From Ostreococcus lucimarinus (lineage: Eukaryota), in NCBI GenBank assembly GCA_000092065.1, contig CP000599.1: a DNA stretch of 64,000 nt. One strand, given 5' to 3'. Shown here one piece after another: positions 46,986 to 57,369 of this stretch (position 1 is the stretch's first letter; every line of letters begins with the position of its first letter). Below the pieces are notes generated by a model that saw nothing but the letters and a program-made list of their open reading frames with translations, made no database searches and was not told the origin of the DNA. The position numbers and the translations under genes are program-made.

Positions 46986-47415
46986 CGAGCATTCGACCGA
47001 CGTTCCTGAGCCAGTCGTTACGCGCGCCATTTTCCGCCGCGTCGCGAATCGCCGATGCGCGCCGCGTCCCTCGCGCAGCGCGCCGCGCTCGCGCCTCGCC
47101 GCGTCGACGCCGAGCAAAGGTGCGCGCGCGACGCCCGCGCGACCGCGACGCCCGATCGACCGCGAACGCGAACGCGCGAGACGATCGCGTCGCGACGGAC
47201 GGATCTCGACGAGACGCGCGACGGATCGACGCGAACAGCGCGCGACGACGCGCGCGAGCCGCGAGAGACGCCGGATTCAAACGCGTCTCGCGCGTCGTCG
47301 GCGTCGCGCGACGGATCGACGCGCGCGCGGCGCGAGGGCGGCTCGGGACGCGCGACGCGGGACGGAGGATAAGACGAGACGCGAGAGAGACGACGAGCGG
47401 ACGCGAGACTGACGG

Positions 47416-48852
47416 ATGCGCGCGATGGGACGAAACGATAGGCGAACGGGAAGTGGGAAACGATGCGCGAAGCGCGCGACGCGATGCGATGTGGCGCAAT
47501 CGCCGGAACGGTCGACGACGGCGATCGCGAACTCGAAGACGGTGGCGGCGGTGATCCTCGGAGGCGGGGCGGGGACGCGATTGTACCCGCTCACGAAGAG
47601 CCGAGCGAAACCGGCGGTGCCGATCGGTGGGGCGTATCGATTGATCGACGTCCCGATGTCGAACTGCCTGAACAGCGGGATCTCGAAGGTTTACATTTTG
47701 ACGCAATTCAACAGCGCGTCGTTGAACCGACACTTGGCGCGCACGTACAACTTTGGTAACGGGATCATGTACGGTGGGAATGGTTTCGTGGAGGTGCTGG
47801 CGGCGACGCAAACGCCGGGTCAAGGCGGGAAGGAGTGGTTCCAAGGCACCGCCGACGCCGTGCGACAGTACTCTTGGTTGTTCAACGACGTCAAGAACAA
47901 GGACGTCGAGGACATCGTCATCTTGGCGGGCGATCACTTGTACCGCATGGACTACATGAAGTTCGTCGAGGCGCACAGAGAAAGCAACGCCGACATTACC
48001 GTCGGTACGTTGCCGATCGACGAAGAGCGCGCGAGCGATTTTGGTTTGATGAAGATTGACTCGTCGGGACGCATCGTCGAATTCACCGAAAAGCCCAAGG
48101 GCGACGCCCTGCAAGCGATGAAGGTGGACACCACCATTCTCGGTTTGACCGCGGCCGAGGCCGAGGCGAAGCCTTTCATCGCTTCCATGGGGATTTACGT
48201 CTTCAAGAAGTCGATGTTGGTCAAGTTTTTGGACGACGACTACCCCGAAGACAACGACTTTGGCGGCGAAATCATCCCGAAGGCGAGCGCCGACGGCGCC
48301 AGAGTGCAAGCGTACTTGTTCAACGATTACTGGGAGGACATTGGAACCATGAAGAGCTTCTTCGAGGCTAACTTGGCCTTGGCCAAGGACCCGCCGAACT
48401 TTGAGTTTTACAACGCCGAAGCGCCGATTTACACTTCGCCGCGCTTCTTGCCGCCGGCCAAGATTGAACGGTGCCACGTCAAGGACTCCATCATCTCTCA
48501 CGGTGCCGCTCTCGCGGATTGCTCCGTCGAAGAATCCATCGTCGGTTTGCGCTCGCGCGTCGAAGCGGGGACGAAGATCAAGCGCACCATGATCATCGGC
48601 GCCGACTTTTACGAGAGCGAGGAGAAGCGTAAAGCCATCTTAGCCGCCGGCGGCGTCCCGGTCGGGATCGGCGAGAACACCATCATCGAGAACGCCATCA
48701 TCGACAAGAACGCGCGCGTCGGGAAGAACTGCGTCATCACCAACAAGGACAACATCGAAGACTTGGCCGACGAAGAGCGCGGCGTCTTCATCCGCAACGG
48801 CATCGTCACCATTCTCAGAAACTGCACCATCCCCGACGGGACGGTCATCTGA
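47416..48852 (+). CDS. Glucose-1-phosphate adenylyltransferase (ADP-glucose pyrophosphorylase)
   Basis: [64 protein letters not shown]..., and a left-handed beta-helix C-terminus. An extra 5' exon (47055..47119) may supply a longer transit peptide (see findings). Confidence 0.92.
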   Translation: MRAMGRNDRRTGSGKRCAKRATRCDVAQSPERSTTAIANSKTVAAVILGGGAGTRLYPLTKSRAKPAVPIGGAYRLIDVPMSNCLNSGISKVYILTQFNSASLNRHLARTYNFGNGIMYGGNGFVEVLAATQTPGQGGKEWFQGTADAVRQYSWLFNDVKNKDVEDIVILAGDHLYRMDYMKFVEAHRESNADITVGTLPIDEERASDFGLMKIDSSGRIVEFTEKPKGDALQAMKVDTTILGLTAAEAEAKPFIASMGIYVFKKSMLVKFLDDDYPEDNDFGGEIIPKASADGARVQAYLFNDYWEDIGTMKSFFEANLALAKDPPNFEFYNAEAPIYTSPRFLPPAKIERCHVKDSIISHGAALADCSVEESIVGLRSRVEAGTKIKRTMIIGADFYESEEKRKAILAAGGVPVGIGENTIIENAIIDKNARVGKNCVITNKDNIEDLADEERGVFIRNGIVTILRNCTIPDGTVI

Positions 48853-48924
48853 TCGATCGATCCCTTCCGGACGCCGCGCCGAGCAAATCACGCAAGCGAT
48901 AATCACAAAAGACCTAGTTCAGCA

Positions 48925-48929
48925 TGTAA
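48925..48929 (+). terminator. TGTAA candidate poly(A) signal for AGPase
   Basis: agcatgtaaatcg, 73 nt after the stop. Confidence 0.35.
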
Positions 48930-49052
48930 ATCGACCTATCTCTTGATTGAGCGTCTCGCGCGCCGCTCCGCTCGCCGTCTCGCGCGCGTCCCGCGTCCGC
49001 ACTTTGCCGCGTCGCTCGCGCTCCGTCGCGCGCGCGCGCGTCGTCGGGTCCG

Positions 49053-50867
49053 ATGCACGCGAATGGCTACGCGCGCAACGCCTCGGTCGAGCTGTACTGC
49101 TTCTGCGTCGTCGCTCTGGGTCTGATCCTGTACGGCTACCCGGTGGGTGTTACGAACGTCATGCTCACCTCGCCCGCGCAATTCCAGCGCGACGCCGGAT
49201 TCGAGGGCGACGTCGAGACGCTGGGAATGCTGGTCAGCGCCAACAGCGCCGGCGCGCTGATCGGGTGCGCGCTGACGCTGGTGCCGACGCGCGGCGTCGC
49301 GGCGGCGGACGCGCTGGGACGAGTGGCGCTCGTCAAACTCGGCGCGGGATGTTACGCCGCGGCGTCGCTCGCCATGGCGCTCACGCCGATGAAATTGAAC
49401 GAAATATTCGGCAGTCGCGCGGTGATACGTTGGTTCGCGGCGTGCCGGTTGTTGTACGGGATCGGGATGACGCTGACGTACGGCGGCGCGGCGGTGTACG
49501 TGGCGGAGTTGATGTCGCAGCAAACGCGCGGGTATTACTTGCCGATGATGAGCGTGATGACGATGACGGGGGATTTGCTCGGGAATTTCGTGGGGATGCC
49601 GTTGGAGCGCGCGGCGGGAGGATGGCGCGTGCTCGCGGCGTTGCCGGTGCCGGTGGCGTTGGGGTTTTACGCGTACGCGCGCAAGCTGCCGGATTCGCCG
49701 CGGTGGGAAGTGTTGAACGCGACGAACGCGGCGCAGCGCGAGGGAGAGGCGAGAAGGAGGGCGGCGGCGGAGAAGAAACGCGGAAAGCGTGGGTTGTTTG
49801 GACGCGGCCGCGATTCGAACGCGCCGTCGGATTCGGAGAGCGAGAACGAACCGTCGTGGACCGCGCGAGACGTCGACTTGACGGCGGCGCGGCGGTCGCT
49901 GGGGATTTTACGAAATGAATCCGCCAAGGCGTCTTTTTCCGTCACCGACGCGTGCGTACGTCGATCGAGATCCGGCGGCGCGGGAGGTTTGCTCGCGCCG
50001 CCCAACCCCGACGCGCAGAGTAAACAAATGAAGAAGGAGATTGAACAGGAGCTCGCGGAAATCATCGACGTCGTAAAAACTGGTTCGAAGAACGGGCGCG
50101 ATTGCGCTTCGGCGGTGAACACCGACGCGAGTAAGCGCGCGATGACCGTGGCGTTTGGTTTATCCATCATGTCGATGTTGAGCGGCGTTCCGGCGATGAG
50201 TTACTTCACCAAACACATCTTCGAGATGACGGGGCACACGCCCACGGCGGCGAGCGGGATGACGACGGCGCTTGCCTTGTGCAAGCTCATCGTCACAATC
50301 TTCGTCGCGATGTCCCTTGAAACTTTTGGACGACGACGAATGCTACTCATCGGTATATCCATTCAGGGCGTCGCGATGACGCTCTTGGCGTTTCTCTTCG
50401 ACGGCGTCACGTGGATCGAGGACCCGCGACACGCCGTGTCGTTTCAGCTCTTGAACGGATCCATCGCACAAGTCGCCGACGTCGCGATTTTCGTCAACGC
50501 CGTCGGGTTTCATCTCAGTTTTTGGGCACTCGCGTGGACGGTGGCGAACGAATTGAGCCCGCTGCGCACGCGAGCCACCATCATGGCCATCAACTCGATG
50601 TTTTCCTGGACGCTCAGCACGGTGACGGTTCGCTTCCTCCCGGTGATGATGAAATCTCCGGGAATTTCCGCCACCTTTGGCTTTTGCGCCGTCAACCTCT
50701 ATGCGACGATCATTTTCGTCTACTTGTACGTCCCGGAAACCAAAGGACGGACGCTCGAAGAGCTGGAAATCGTCATGACCAAGTCTTCGAGCCTTCGCGA
50801 CGTCGTGCGTCGCTTGAATCGACCCGACGAAGACGACGATTTGAAACCGCTCGCCGGCGCGCTTTGA
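49053..50867 (+). CDS. MFS transporter, sugar-porter-like, with an unusually long central cytosolic loop
   Basis: 12 TM-like segments. RLLYGIGMTLTYGGAAVYVAELMSQQTRG, WTVANELSPLRTRA and YVPETKGRTLEELE are sugar-porter signatures. About 170 aa of Arg/Glu/Ser-rich loop lie between the two halves. Confidence 0.8.
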   Translation: MHANGYARNASVELYCFCVVALGLILYGYPVGVTNVMLTSPAQFQRDAGFEGDVETLGMLVSANSAGALIGCALTLVPTRGVAAADALGRVALVKLGAGCYAAASLAMALTPMKLNEIFGSRAVIRWFAACRLLYGIGMTLTYGGAAVYVAELMSQQTRGYYLPMMSVMTMTGDLLGNFVGMPLERAAGGWRVLAALPVPVALGFYAYARKLPDSPRWEVLNATNAAQREGEARRRAAAEKKRGKRGLFGRGRDSNAPSDSESENEPSWTARDVDLTAARRSLGILRNESAKASFSVTDACVRRSRSGGAGGLLAPPNPDAQSKQMKKEIEQELAEIIDVVKTGSKNGRDCASAVNTDASKRAMTVAFGLSIMSMLSGVPAMSYFTKHIFEMTGHTPTAASGMTTALALCKLIVTIFVAMSLETFGRRRMLLIGISIQGVAMTLLAFLFDGVTWIEDPRHAVSFQLLNGSIAQVADVAIFVNAVGFHLSFWALAWTVANELSPLRTRATIMAINSMFSWTLSTVTVRFLPVMMKSPGISATFGFCAVNLYATIIFVYLYVPETKGRTLEELEIVMTKSSSLRDVVRRLNRPDEDDDLKPLAGAL

Positions 50868-51283
50868 GCCGCCATAGCACTAGCATAATATTAGATTTGT
50901 ATTGACCAGCGCGCTTAGCACGACTTCGGCGCCGTGCGTCCCCGCGCGCTTTCGCTCGCCGCCGCGCCGGCGCTCGACCGTCCCGCTCGACCGTCCCTCA
51001 CATCCAAGCGCGCGGTCGAATGCCCATCGGCGCGCGCGCGTTCGCCGTCTCGGCATCGCGTGCGCCCGTGCGATCGCAACTCCGCGCTCGCGCGCGCCGC
51101 GAGCGCGCCGACGGCGTCGCGAGACGACGATTTATCTCGCACAAAGGGGACACCCTCAAGCCTTGTGAATCAGTTCTACCGCGCGCACGCGCGCGCGCGA
51201 GCGATCTCGCGCCTCGCGACGGCGTAAACTTGCAGACCATCATTTTGAGCAAGCTCCCGAGCGCTCGCGCGGACGTGGCGACG

Positions 51284-52630
51284 ATGACGTCGGGAGATGC
51301 GACGAAGATTTTTTTCACCGCGCTCGCGGCGCTCGCGCTCGTCGCGGCGCGCGCGGCGGCGCGCGCGCTGACGACGCGCGAGGCGAAGAAACGCGTGGTG
51401 ATCATCGGTGGTGGATTCGCTGGGATGCAAGCGGCGCTGGATCTGCGGAAAACGTGCGAGGTGACGCTGATTGATAAGAAGCGGTATTTCGAATACGTCC
51501 CGGGGACGCCGGCGGCGCTCGCGGGCGCGGCGCCGTTGAGTCCGGCGTCGCGCGGAGACTCGGCGAAGAAACGCGAAAAGACGCTGACGGTGCCGTATAG
51601 CAAGGCGCTCGGAAAGAGCGTGGCGTTCGAATGCGCGGCGGGACGAGACGTGCGGGTGATGAGCGCGTACGTGGACGTCGGCGGCGACCGCTTTGAATAC
51701 GACGAATTGATACTCGCCACCGGGAGTCATTATCCGGGCGTGTTGAAAGCGGAGTGCGACGGTGAGGCAGGAGAAGACAGAGATGCGAGAATGCGAGAGA
51801 TCGCCGAGGCGCGAGAGGACGTGACGAAGGGGAAATCGGTCGTCGTCATCGGAGGCGGCGTCGTCGGCGTCGAGGTCGCGGGCGAACTCGCGGCGAGAAA
51901 CGCCAAGATGAAATCGGGTGCGCGCGTGATTCTCGTGCACAGCGGCCCAAGGTTGCTCGATACGTTGCCCAAGTTTGTCAGTGAGTATGTGTCGAAAACG
52001 CTCGTGAGATTTGGGGTGGAGGTGTACGTCGGGCAAACGTACGACCGCGTCGGCGACTCGTTCGTCGGGCGAATGAACGAAAACGTCATCGAGGGCGATA
52101 GGGTCATGATGTGCGTCGGCGCCAAGCCCGCGACTGAGTTCTTGGATCGGGAGAGCGTGAACTTCAGCGAAGATGACGATGACTCGCCGCTAAATTTTCC
52201 GCTCGACATGATTGGGCGCGTTCGAGTGGACGAGGCGACGCGTCAAGTCATCGGCTACGACAACGTCTACGCCGTCGGCGACTGCGCGTGTAAATTACCG
52301 GACCAGATGCTCGCTTCGTACGCGCACTGGGAGGCCGAATACGTGTCAAAGCGAATCATGTGCGACGGCGACGCTCGCGCGCTCGGGAAACTCGGCAGAT
52401 ATCGTCTTCCGCCGCGGTTGATGGCGATTTCTCTGGGCCCGTTCGCGGGCGTCGTCGTCTGGGGCGACAGAATTTTATGCCGCGGATGGTGCGCCGCCGT
52501 GTTCAAGGCGTTGATCCAGTTTTGGTTCATTCGCTTCCTTCCCGCGCCGTATTCCATCATGAAGAGATTCCCTCGCATGCGCGTGAAACCGCCCGCGAGT
52601 GTGATTTTGCGCAAACCGCTCGCGAATTAA
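51284..52630 (+). CDS. FAD/NAD(P)H-dependent pyridine-nucleotide-disulfide-family oxidoreductase (AIF/FSP1- or NDH-2-like) with N-terminal membrane anchor
   Basis: KRVVIIGGGFAGMQAALDL (dinucleotide fold 1), SVVVIGGGVVGVEVAGELA (fold 2) and VYAVGDCA. The alternative upstream in-frame ATG at 51020 cannot be excluded. Confidence 0.8.
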   Translation: MTSGDATKIFFTALAALALVAARAAARALTTREAKKRVVIIGGGFAGMQAALDLRKTCEVTLIDKKRYFEYVPGTPAALAGAAPLSPASRGDSAKKREKTLTVPYSKALGKSVAFECAAGRDVRVMSAYVDVGGDRFEYDELILATGSHYPGVLKAECDGEAGEDRDARMREIAEAREDVTKGKSVVVIGGGVVGVEVAGELAARNAKMKSGARVILVHSGPRLLDTLPKFVSEYVSKTLVRFGVEVYVGQTYDRVGDSFVGRMNENVIEGDRVMMCVGAKPATEFLDRESVNFSEDDDDSPLNFPLDMIGRVRVDEATRQVIGYDNVYAVGDCACKLPDQMLASYAHWEAEYVSKRIMCDGDARALGKLGRYRLPPRLMAISLGPFAGVVVWGDRILCRGWCAAVFKALIQFWFIRFLPAPYSIMKRFPRMRVKPPASVILRKPLAN

Positions 52631-52766
52631 AGGGAGACCAAGAGACACGGGGACACCAAAAAAAAACGCACGTTGGTTCTCGACGACCGCCGCACACGCG
52701 GTCACCGCGCCGTGTCGGCGCGTGAAAAACGCGCTCGCGGCGCGCGCGCGCGCTCGCGGCGCGCTC

Positions 52767-53582
52767 ATGGTCAAGTTGTGCGTCGACAGCCCCGCGCTCG
52801 ACGTGGACGCGGCGACGCTCTGGCGAGCGCGCACGACGTCGCTCTTCATGACGTGCGAACGCGCGGTATTTGGTGATTTAGAGAGATCCGTCGTGTTATA
52901 CGAACGGTGTAGACACGATGAAAACCGCGCGCGGTGCGTGATACGAACGAAACTCGACGCGAAGCTGCCGTACATGGCGAGACGGGCGCTCGGGGTGAAG
53001 TCGTCGCGAGACGCCGTGGTGATGTACGACGACGTCACCCTCGAAGAGACGCAGAGCACGGGGCCGTATCTGTTCGAAGCGTCGTCGCGGACGTACGGGA
53101 CGTTTTTAAATCCCGAAAATAGCGTGTTGAAAGGGACGGTGCTGTGTAAATCAGTCGACGACGGTTCTATGTTGAGCGTGCGGTTGGAGTGCGCGGTGAA
53201 AATGACGGGCATCGGGAGCGCGATCGAGCGAACGATCGTCAGCGGCATGAAGACGAAGTTTGCGCTGTATCCGAAAGTCATCGAGCTTTACAAGGCTAAA
53301 CTGCGAGAGAATGAGGCCAAACGGCGAGAGAGAGACGAAGAGAGAGCGGCGAAGGCGAGCATCGACGCGTGCGCCGACGCGTGCGAATTTCACTCCGCGC
53401 GCGATTCGGATAGCGAACGGGACGACGTCGCGCCATCACTCGCTGACGATAGAGTCGCCGACGCGAAAAAAGGCGACGCGACGAGTCCAATCGCGACGGG
53501 ATGTTGCGTCCCCGCGTCGCGTCGCCGCTCGCGCTCGTCAAATTCAAACTCAAACGCCGCTCCCGTCAAAAGAATCCCATAG
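52767..53582 (+). CDS. Hypothetical protein (possible SRPBCC/lipid-binding-like fold, acidic tail)
   Basis: The first ATG (MVKLCVDSP) is at 52767, because the ORF-track start 52722 is GTG. The composition is coding-like. The 3' end overlaps the convergent neighbour by 17 nt. Confidence 0.55.
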   Translation: MVKLCVDSPALDVDAATLWRARTTSLFMTCERAVFGDLERSVVLYERCRHDENRARCVIRTKLDAKLPYMARRALGVKSSRDAVVMYDDVTLEETQSTGPYLFEASSRTYGTFLNPENSVLKGTVLCKSVDDGSMLSVRLECAVKMTGIGSAIERTIVSGMKTKFALYPKVIELYKAKLRENEAKRRERDEERAAKASIDACADACEFHSARDSDSERDDVAPSLADDRVADAKKGDATSPIATGCCVPASRRRSRSSNSNSNAAPVKRIP

Positions 53583-54318
53583 CCGCCACTTTTGATTTCA
53601 CCCTGCCAAACTTTTTAAGCTTGAACGGCTCTTTATCGACGACTTTCGCGATTTTCGCGTCGTTCGACGACGCCGGCCGCGCTTCATCGCGACTCGTCGC
53701 CGCGCTCGCTCGCGCCGCGGCGCGTTCGGCCACTTTTGCCCGGACCCAATCCTGCGAGTAATCCCCTCGAATCAACGCCGCGATCGACTGCGATCGCGGC
53801 GCGTAGCCTTCAGCGTAACGTATTTCCTCGGCGTAACGCGTTTCGGACGGTCGCCCGTACGTCGCGTTCGCGTCCACGCGCGGAGGTTCCGCGCGCACCT
53901 CGCCCGACTTGAGCAAAATAGGTTCGGCGAGCGTCCTGAACCGCCGCACCTCCGCCGAGTTCACGCACTTGTTCTGCGTCGCTTTCTTATTCATCGCCAT
54001 TAAATCCAATCCGCCCTTGTAAGAGACTTTGTTCGTCGACGACGACGCGCTGAATTCGCGCCACGCGAGCGCGTCTCGCGCGCTCAAAGTCTCGCGCGCC
54101 GGTCCGCCGCCGAACGTCGCATCGCGCGCGCGCGCCGGCGCGAATATCAGGTGCTCGCGCGCGCGCCCGACTTCTTTATTGGTGTTTATCAACGCGTTCG
54201 TCGCGATCGACGCGCGGTCGAAGCCGATGCGAGCGTCCATCGCGCGCTGCGCGATGTGAAGACTCGCCAAAAATAGTCTCTCGCCGCGCGTCGTCGATCG
54301 ATCCATCGATCCATCCAT
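53566..54318 (-). CDS. Hypothetical protein, CFAP77-like ciliary/flagellar protein (tentative)
   Basis: ATYGRPSE...IAALIRGDYSQDWV and the C-terminal EPFKLKKFGRVKSKV resemble what I recall of CFAP77 (F..RPSTP...LL...Y...W and ...W.MP.FKKV). This is a low-certainty family call. Confidence 0.5.
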   Translation of the reverse strand: MDGSMDRSTTRGERLFLASLHIAQRAMDARIGFDRASIATNALINTNKEVGRAREHLIFAPARARDATFGGGPARETLSARDALAWREFSASSSTNKVSYKGGLDLMAMNKKATQNKCVNSAEVRRFRTLAEPILLKSGEVRAEPPRVDANATYGRPSETRYAEEIRYAEGYAPRSQSIAALIRGDYSQDWVRAKVAERAAARASAATSRDEARPASSNDAKIAKVVDKEPFKLKKFGRVKSKVAAMGFF

Positions 54319-54415
54319 CGAATCGCGCGACGACGCGCGAGCGGCGCGAAAGTAACACCACGCGTCGCGACGCGAATTCTGAATTCCACGCGCGAACGCG
54401 ATCGCGTTTCACCGA

Positions 54416-54793
54416 TCACCGCGACGCGTCGCCGTCGCCGTCCGTCTTCGCCGCGCGTTCCGCCGCGCGTCCTCGCGCGCGAGCGAGCCACGCCGAATCC
54501 TTCCTCTCGTCCCCCCGCGCGCCCCTCGCGTCGCGCGCGCGCGCCGTCGGCGCCGTCGCCGTCGCCGTCGTCGCGCCCGCGCCCGCGCTCGCCGCCAATC
54601 TCTCCCCGCTTCCGCGCGTCGTCGTCGACGCGTCGATGAAAACGCCTCGCCCCGCCGTCGCCGCGTCAATCTCCCCCCCCCGCGAGCGCTGCGCCGCCCG
54701 CGCCCCCTCGAACCGCACCCGCATCGCCGCCAGCGCCTCCCGCGTCGCCGCGTCCGCGATCATCGTCGTCCCGCCGTCGTCGTCGTCGTCGTC

Positions 54794-54829
<36 letters not shown>

Positions 54830-55381
54830 GCGTTCAAACCTCGCCACGTCCGCCGCGCTCGCGACCGCGCGACACGTCGGACACGTCGGACGCGTCACCG
54901 CGCTCCCCCCCTCCCCCCCCCCTTTCGCCCACTTCAAAAAGCACGCGCCGTGAAACGCGTGCCAACACGCGTCCAACCGCGCGCGCGTCTCGCGCGTCGC
55001 CGCCTCGCGACAAATCGCGCACCGCCTCGCCGCGCGTCCCATCGCCCGCGCGCGCGCTCGAGCCGCGCCCAGCACCGCCACGAGATATCCCTCCGTCCGT
55101 TCGAACGCCTCGGCGTCGCGCGCGATCGCCGCCGCGAGCGCGCTCGCCGCGTCGTCGTCGTCCGCGCCTCTGGTGTGTGTAATCATAATCGTCGTCTCAC
55201 TGTTTGGCCATAGGTGTGGATTCGCAATCGTCACGACGACGTCGCACGACGCGTCGGCGTCGTCCCGGTCGTCGGCGCTCGTCGCGCGGTGCGCGACGAC
55301 GACGCGGTCGGTCGTTCGCGACACCGACGGCGCGACGCCGAGGTAGACGCGCGCGGCGTCGAGCTCGGCGTCGAGCGCCAT
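54416..55381 (-). CDS. RING-H2 zinc-finger protein (probable E3 ubiquitin ligase)
   Basis: C3H2C3 pattern CAIC-x14-CWHAFHGAC-x24-CPTC. The first ATG (MALDAELD) is at 55381, because the ORF-track start 55435 is GTG. Confidence 0.7.
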
Positions 55382-55435
55382 GGTGTGCGGCGTCGGCGGC
55401 GCGCGCGGGTGACATAGAGTGTTAGGGGTGCGCAC

Positions 55436-55478
55436 TACGACGTTTGGTATCGTATATTGATCGATATTCGTCCTTCGA
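55436..55478. promoter_or_regulatory. Small AT island (GGTATCGTATATTGATCGATATTCG) between divergent RING and DUF285 genes
   Basis: It has the same CGTATATT signature as the islands at 42752 and 46816. Confidence 0.3.
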
Positions 55479-55580
55479 CGCGCGTTCGCGCGCGCGTATC
55501 TGCGCTCGACTCGGCGTCGCGCAACACCTTCCCCCCGCGCGCGCGCGCGCGCGACGGCGCGACGCGACCGACGACGCGCG

Positions 55581-55612
<32 letters not shown>

Positions 55613-55656
55613 CGACGGGGCGCGACGGTCGCGGGACGCGCGCGATCGAGCGCGCG

Positions 55657-56940
55657 ATGGCGACGCGCGAAGGCGGCGCGAAGAAGAATCGCGGCGCGAG
55701 AATCGCGAAACCCTCGATCGACGCGACGATCGTCGGTGGCGCGTGCGTCGTCGCGCTCGCGGGACGCGCGCGCGCGGTGCTCGCGGGAGACGTCCCGTCG
55801 GGGGGCGGCTCGGCCGTGGACGGGTACTTCAACTCCGAGAGCACGCTGAAGAGCGCGGTGGACGCGTGCTGGAGCTCGTCGACGACGGTGAACGCGGCGT
55901 GCGCGGACGGCGCGGTCGGCATCGCGGATTGGAACGTCGGCGACGTGACGAGCATGCGTGACATGTTCTCCGAAAAGGAGGGCTTTAACGCCGACTTGAG
56001 TCGTTGGAACACGAAGTCGGTGACGACCATGAGTGCCATGTTCAACGGCGCGACGAGCTTCAACGGCGACATGCCGAACTGGAACGTCGAGAAGGTGACG
56101 CACATGACTCACATGTTCCGAGACGCGACGAGCTTCAACGGCGACATGCCGAACTGGAACGTCGAGGCGGTGACGAACATGGCTCAAGTGTTCTCCGGCG
56201 CGACGAGCTTCAACGGCGACATCTCGAACTGGAACCCGAAGGCGGTGACGGGCATGTATCGCACGTTCTACGGCGCGACGAGCTTCAACGGCGACATCTC
56301 GAACTGGAACGTCGAGGCGGTGAAGGACATGAGTCAAGTGTTCAACGGCGCGACGAGCTTCAACGGCGACATCTCGAACTGGAACGTCGAGGCGGTGACG
56401 AGCATGCGTGACATGTTCTACGGCGCGACGAACTTCAACGGCGACATCTCAAACTGGAACCCGAAGGCGGTGAAGGACATGAATCAAATGTTCCGAGACG
56501 CGACGAGCTTCAACGGCGACATCTCCGCGTGGAACATCCAAGCCGTTACGGACATGTCTAACATGTTCAACAACGCGCGGGCTTTCGCGCGAGACATCAC
56601 GGGCTGGAACGCGGCGGCGATCGCCGCCGCGCGCGACGCCACCAAAGTTTCCGGCATGTTCAAGAACGCCACGGCGTGGCGCGCGATCTACACCAACACG
56701 CAGACGTCTTACTTTTCGGCGAACGACGGCCCGCCGCATTTGTGGACCGCCGGCGCCGCCGCTCCCGGCGCCGGCGCCGCCGCTCCCGGCGCCTCCGTCG
56801 CAGACTTCCCCGAGTGGGGCGTCGCCCTCGTCGCCCTCTCGCTCGCGCTCTCCACGATCACGTCCATCGTCGTCATCGCGCGCGCGCTGTGCGCGCCCAA
56901 GATTCTCGTTCCCGCCGCGCGGTGGTCCGCGCGCGTCTGA
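55657..56940 (+). CDS. BspA-type / DUF285 leucine-rich-repeat surface protein with C-terminal TM anchor
   Basis: About nine 25-aa repeats F.GATSFNGDISNWNV.AVT.M..M. The C-terminus has an Ala/Pro linker followed by the TM segment WGVALVALSLALSTITSIVVIA. Start MATREGG at 55657. Confidence 0.8.
   Translation: MATREGGAKKNRGARIAKPSIDATIVGGACVVALAGRARAVLAGDVPSGGGSAVDGYFNSESTLKSAVDACWSSSTTVNAACADGAVGIADWNVGDVTSMRDMFSEKEGFNADLSRWNTKSVTTMSAMFNGATSFNGDMPNWNVEKVTHMTHMFRDATSFNGDMPNWNVEAVTNMAQVFSGATSFNGDISNWNPKAVTGMYRTFYGATSFNGDISNWNVEAVKDMSQVFNGATSFNGDISNWNVEAVTSMRDMFYGATNFNGDISNWNPKAVKDMNQMFRDATSFNGDISAWNIQAVTDMSNMFNNARAFARDITGWNAAAIAAARDATKVSGMFKNATAWRAIYTNTQTSYFSANDGPPHLWTAGAAAPGAGAAAPGASVADFPEWGVALVALSLALSTITSIVVIARALCAPKILVPAARWSARV
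55921..56680 (+). repeat. 75-bp coding tandem repeats (DUF285 modules)
   Basis: The DNA-level periodicity is visible: ...acgagcttcaacggcgacatctcgaactggaacgtcgaggcggtga... recurs every 75 bp. Confidence 0.85.
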
Positions 56941-57131
56941 GCGCGCCGTCGGCGCGACTTCGACGTCGACGCAACTTTTTATCCACGCAATCAACATCCA
57001 TGCACCGCATTAAACCGTCTTCGAACGCCGCGCGCTCGACGAACCGCGATCGCGGCGCCGACCCTCGACGCGGCGTTCGATACCGACGCCGCGTTCACGG
57101 AGCGCGCCAACGCGCACCTCTGGAACCTATG

Positions 57132-57369
57132 AATGACGCGAATCGCGCATCAGATACCGCATTCACGCGCTCTAACGCGTACATCTCAACCCTGATCCGC
57201 GCGATAAATGACGCGAATCGCGCATCAGATACCGCATTCACGCGCTCTAACGCGTACATCTCAACCCTGATCCGCGCGATAAATGACGCGAATCGCGCAT
57301 CAGATACCGCATTCACGCGCTCTAACGCGTACATCTCAACCCTGATCCGCGCGATAAATGACGCGAATC
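57132..57369. repeat. Perfect 75-bp tandem repeat, 3 full copies plus 13 nt (intergenic minisatellite)
   Basis: The unit aatgacgcgaatcgcgcatcagataccgcattcacgcgctctaacgcgtacatctcaaccctgatccgcgcgata occurs at 57132, 57207 and 57282 with no mismatch. A fourth copy is truncated at 57369. Confidence 0.97.
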
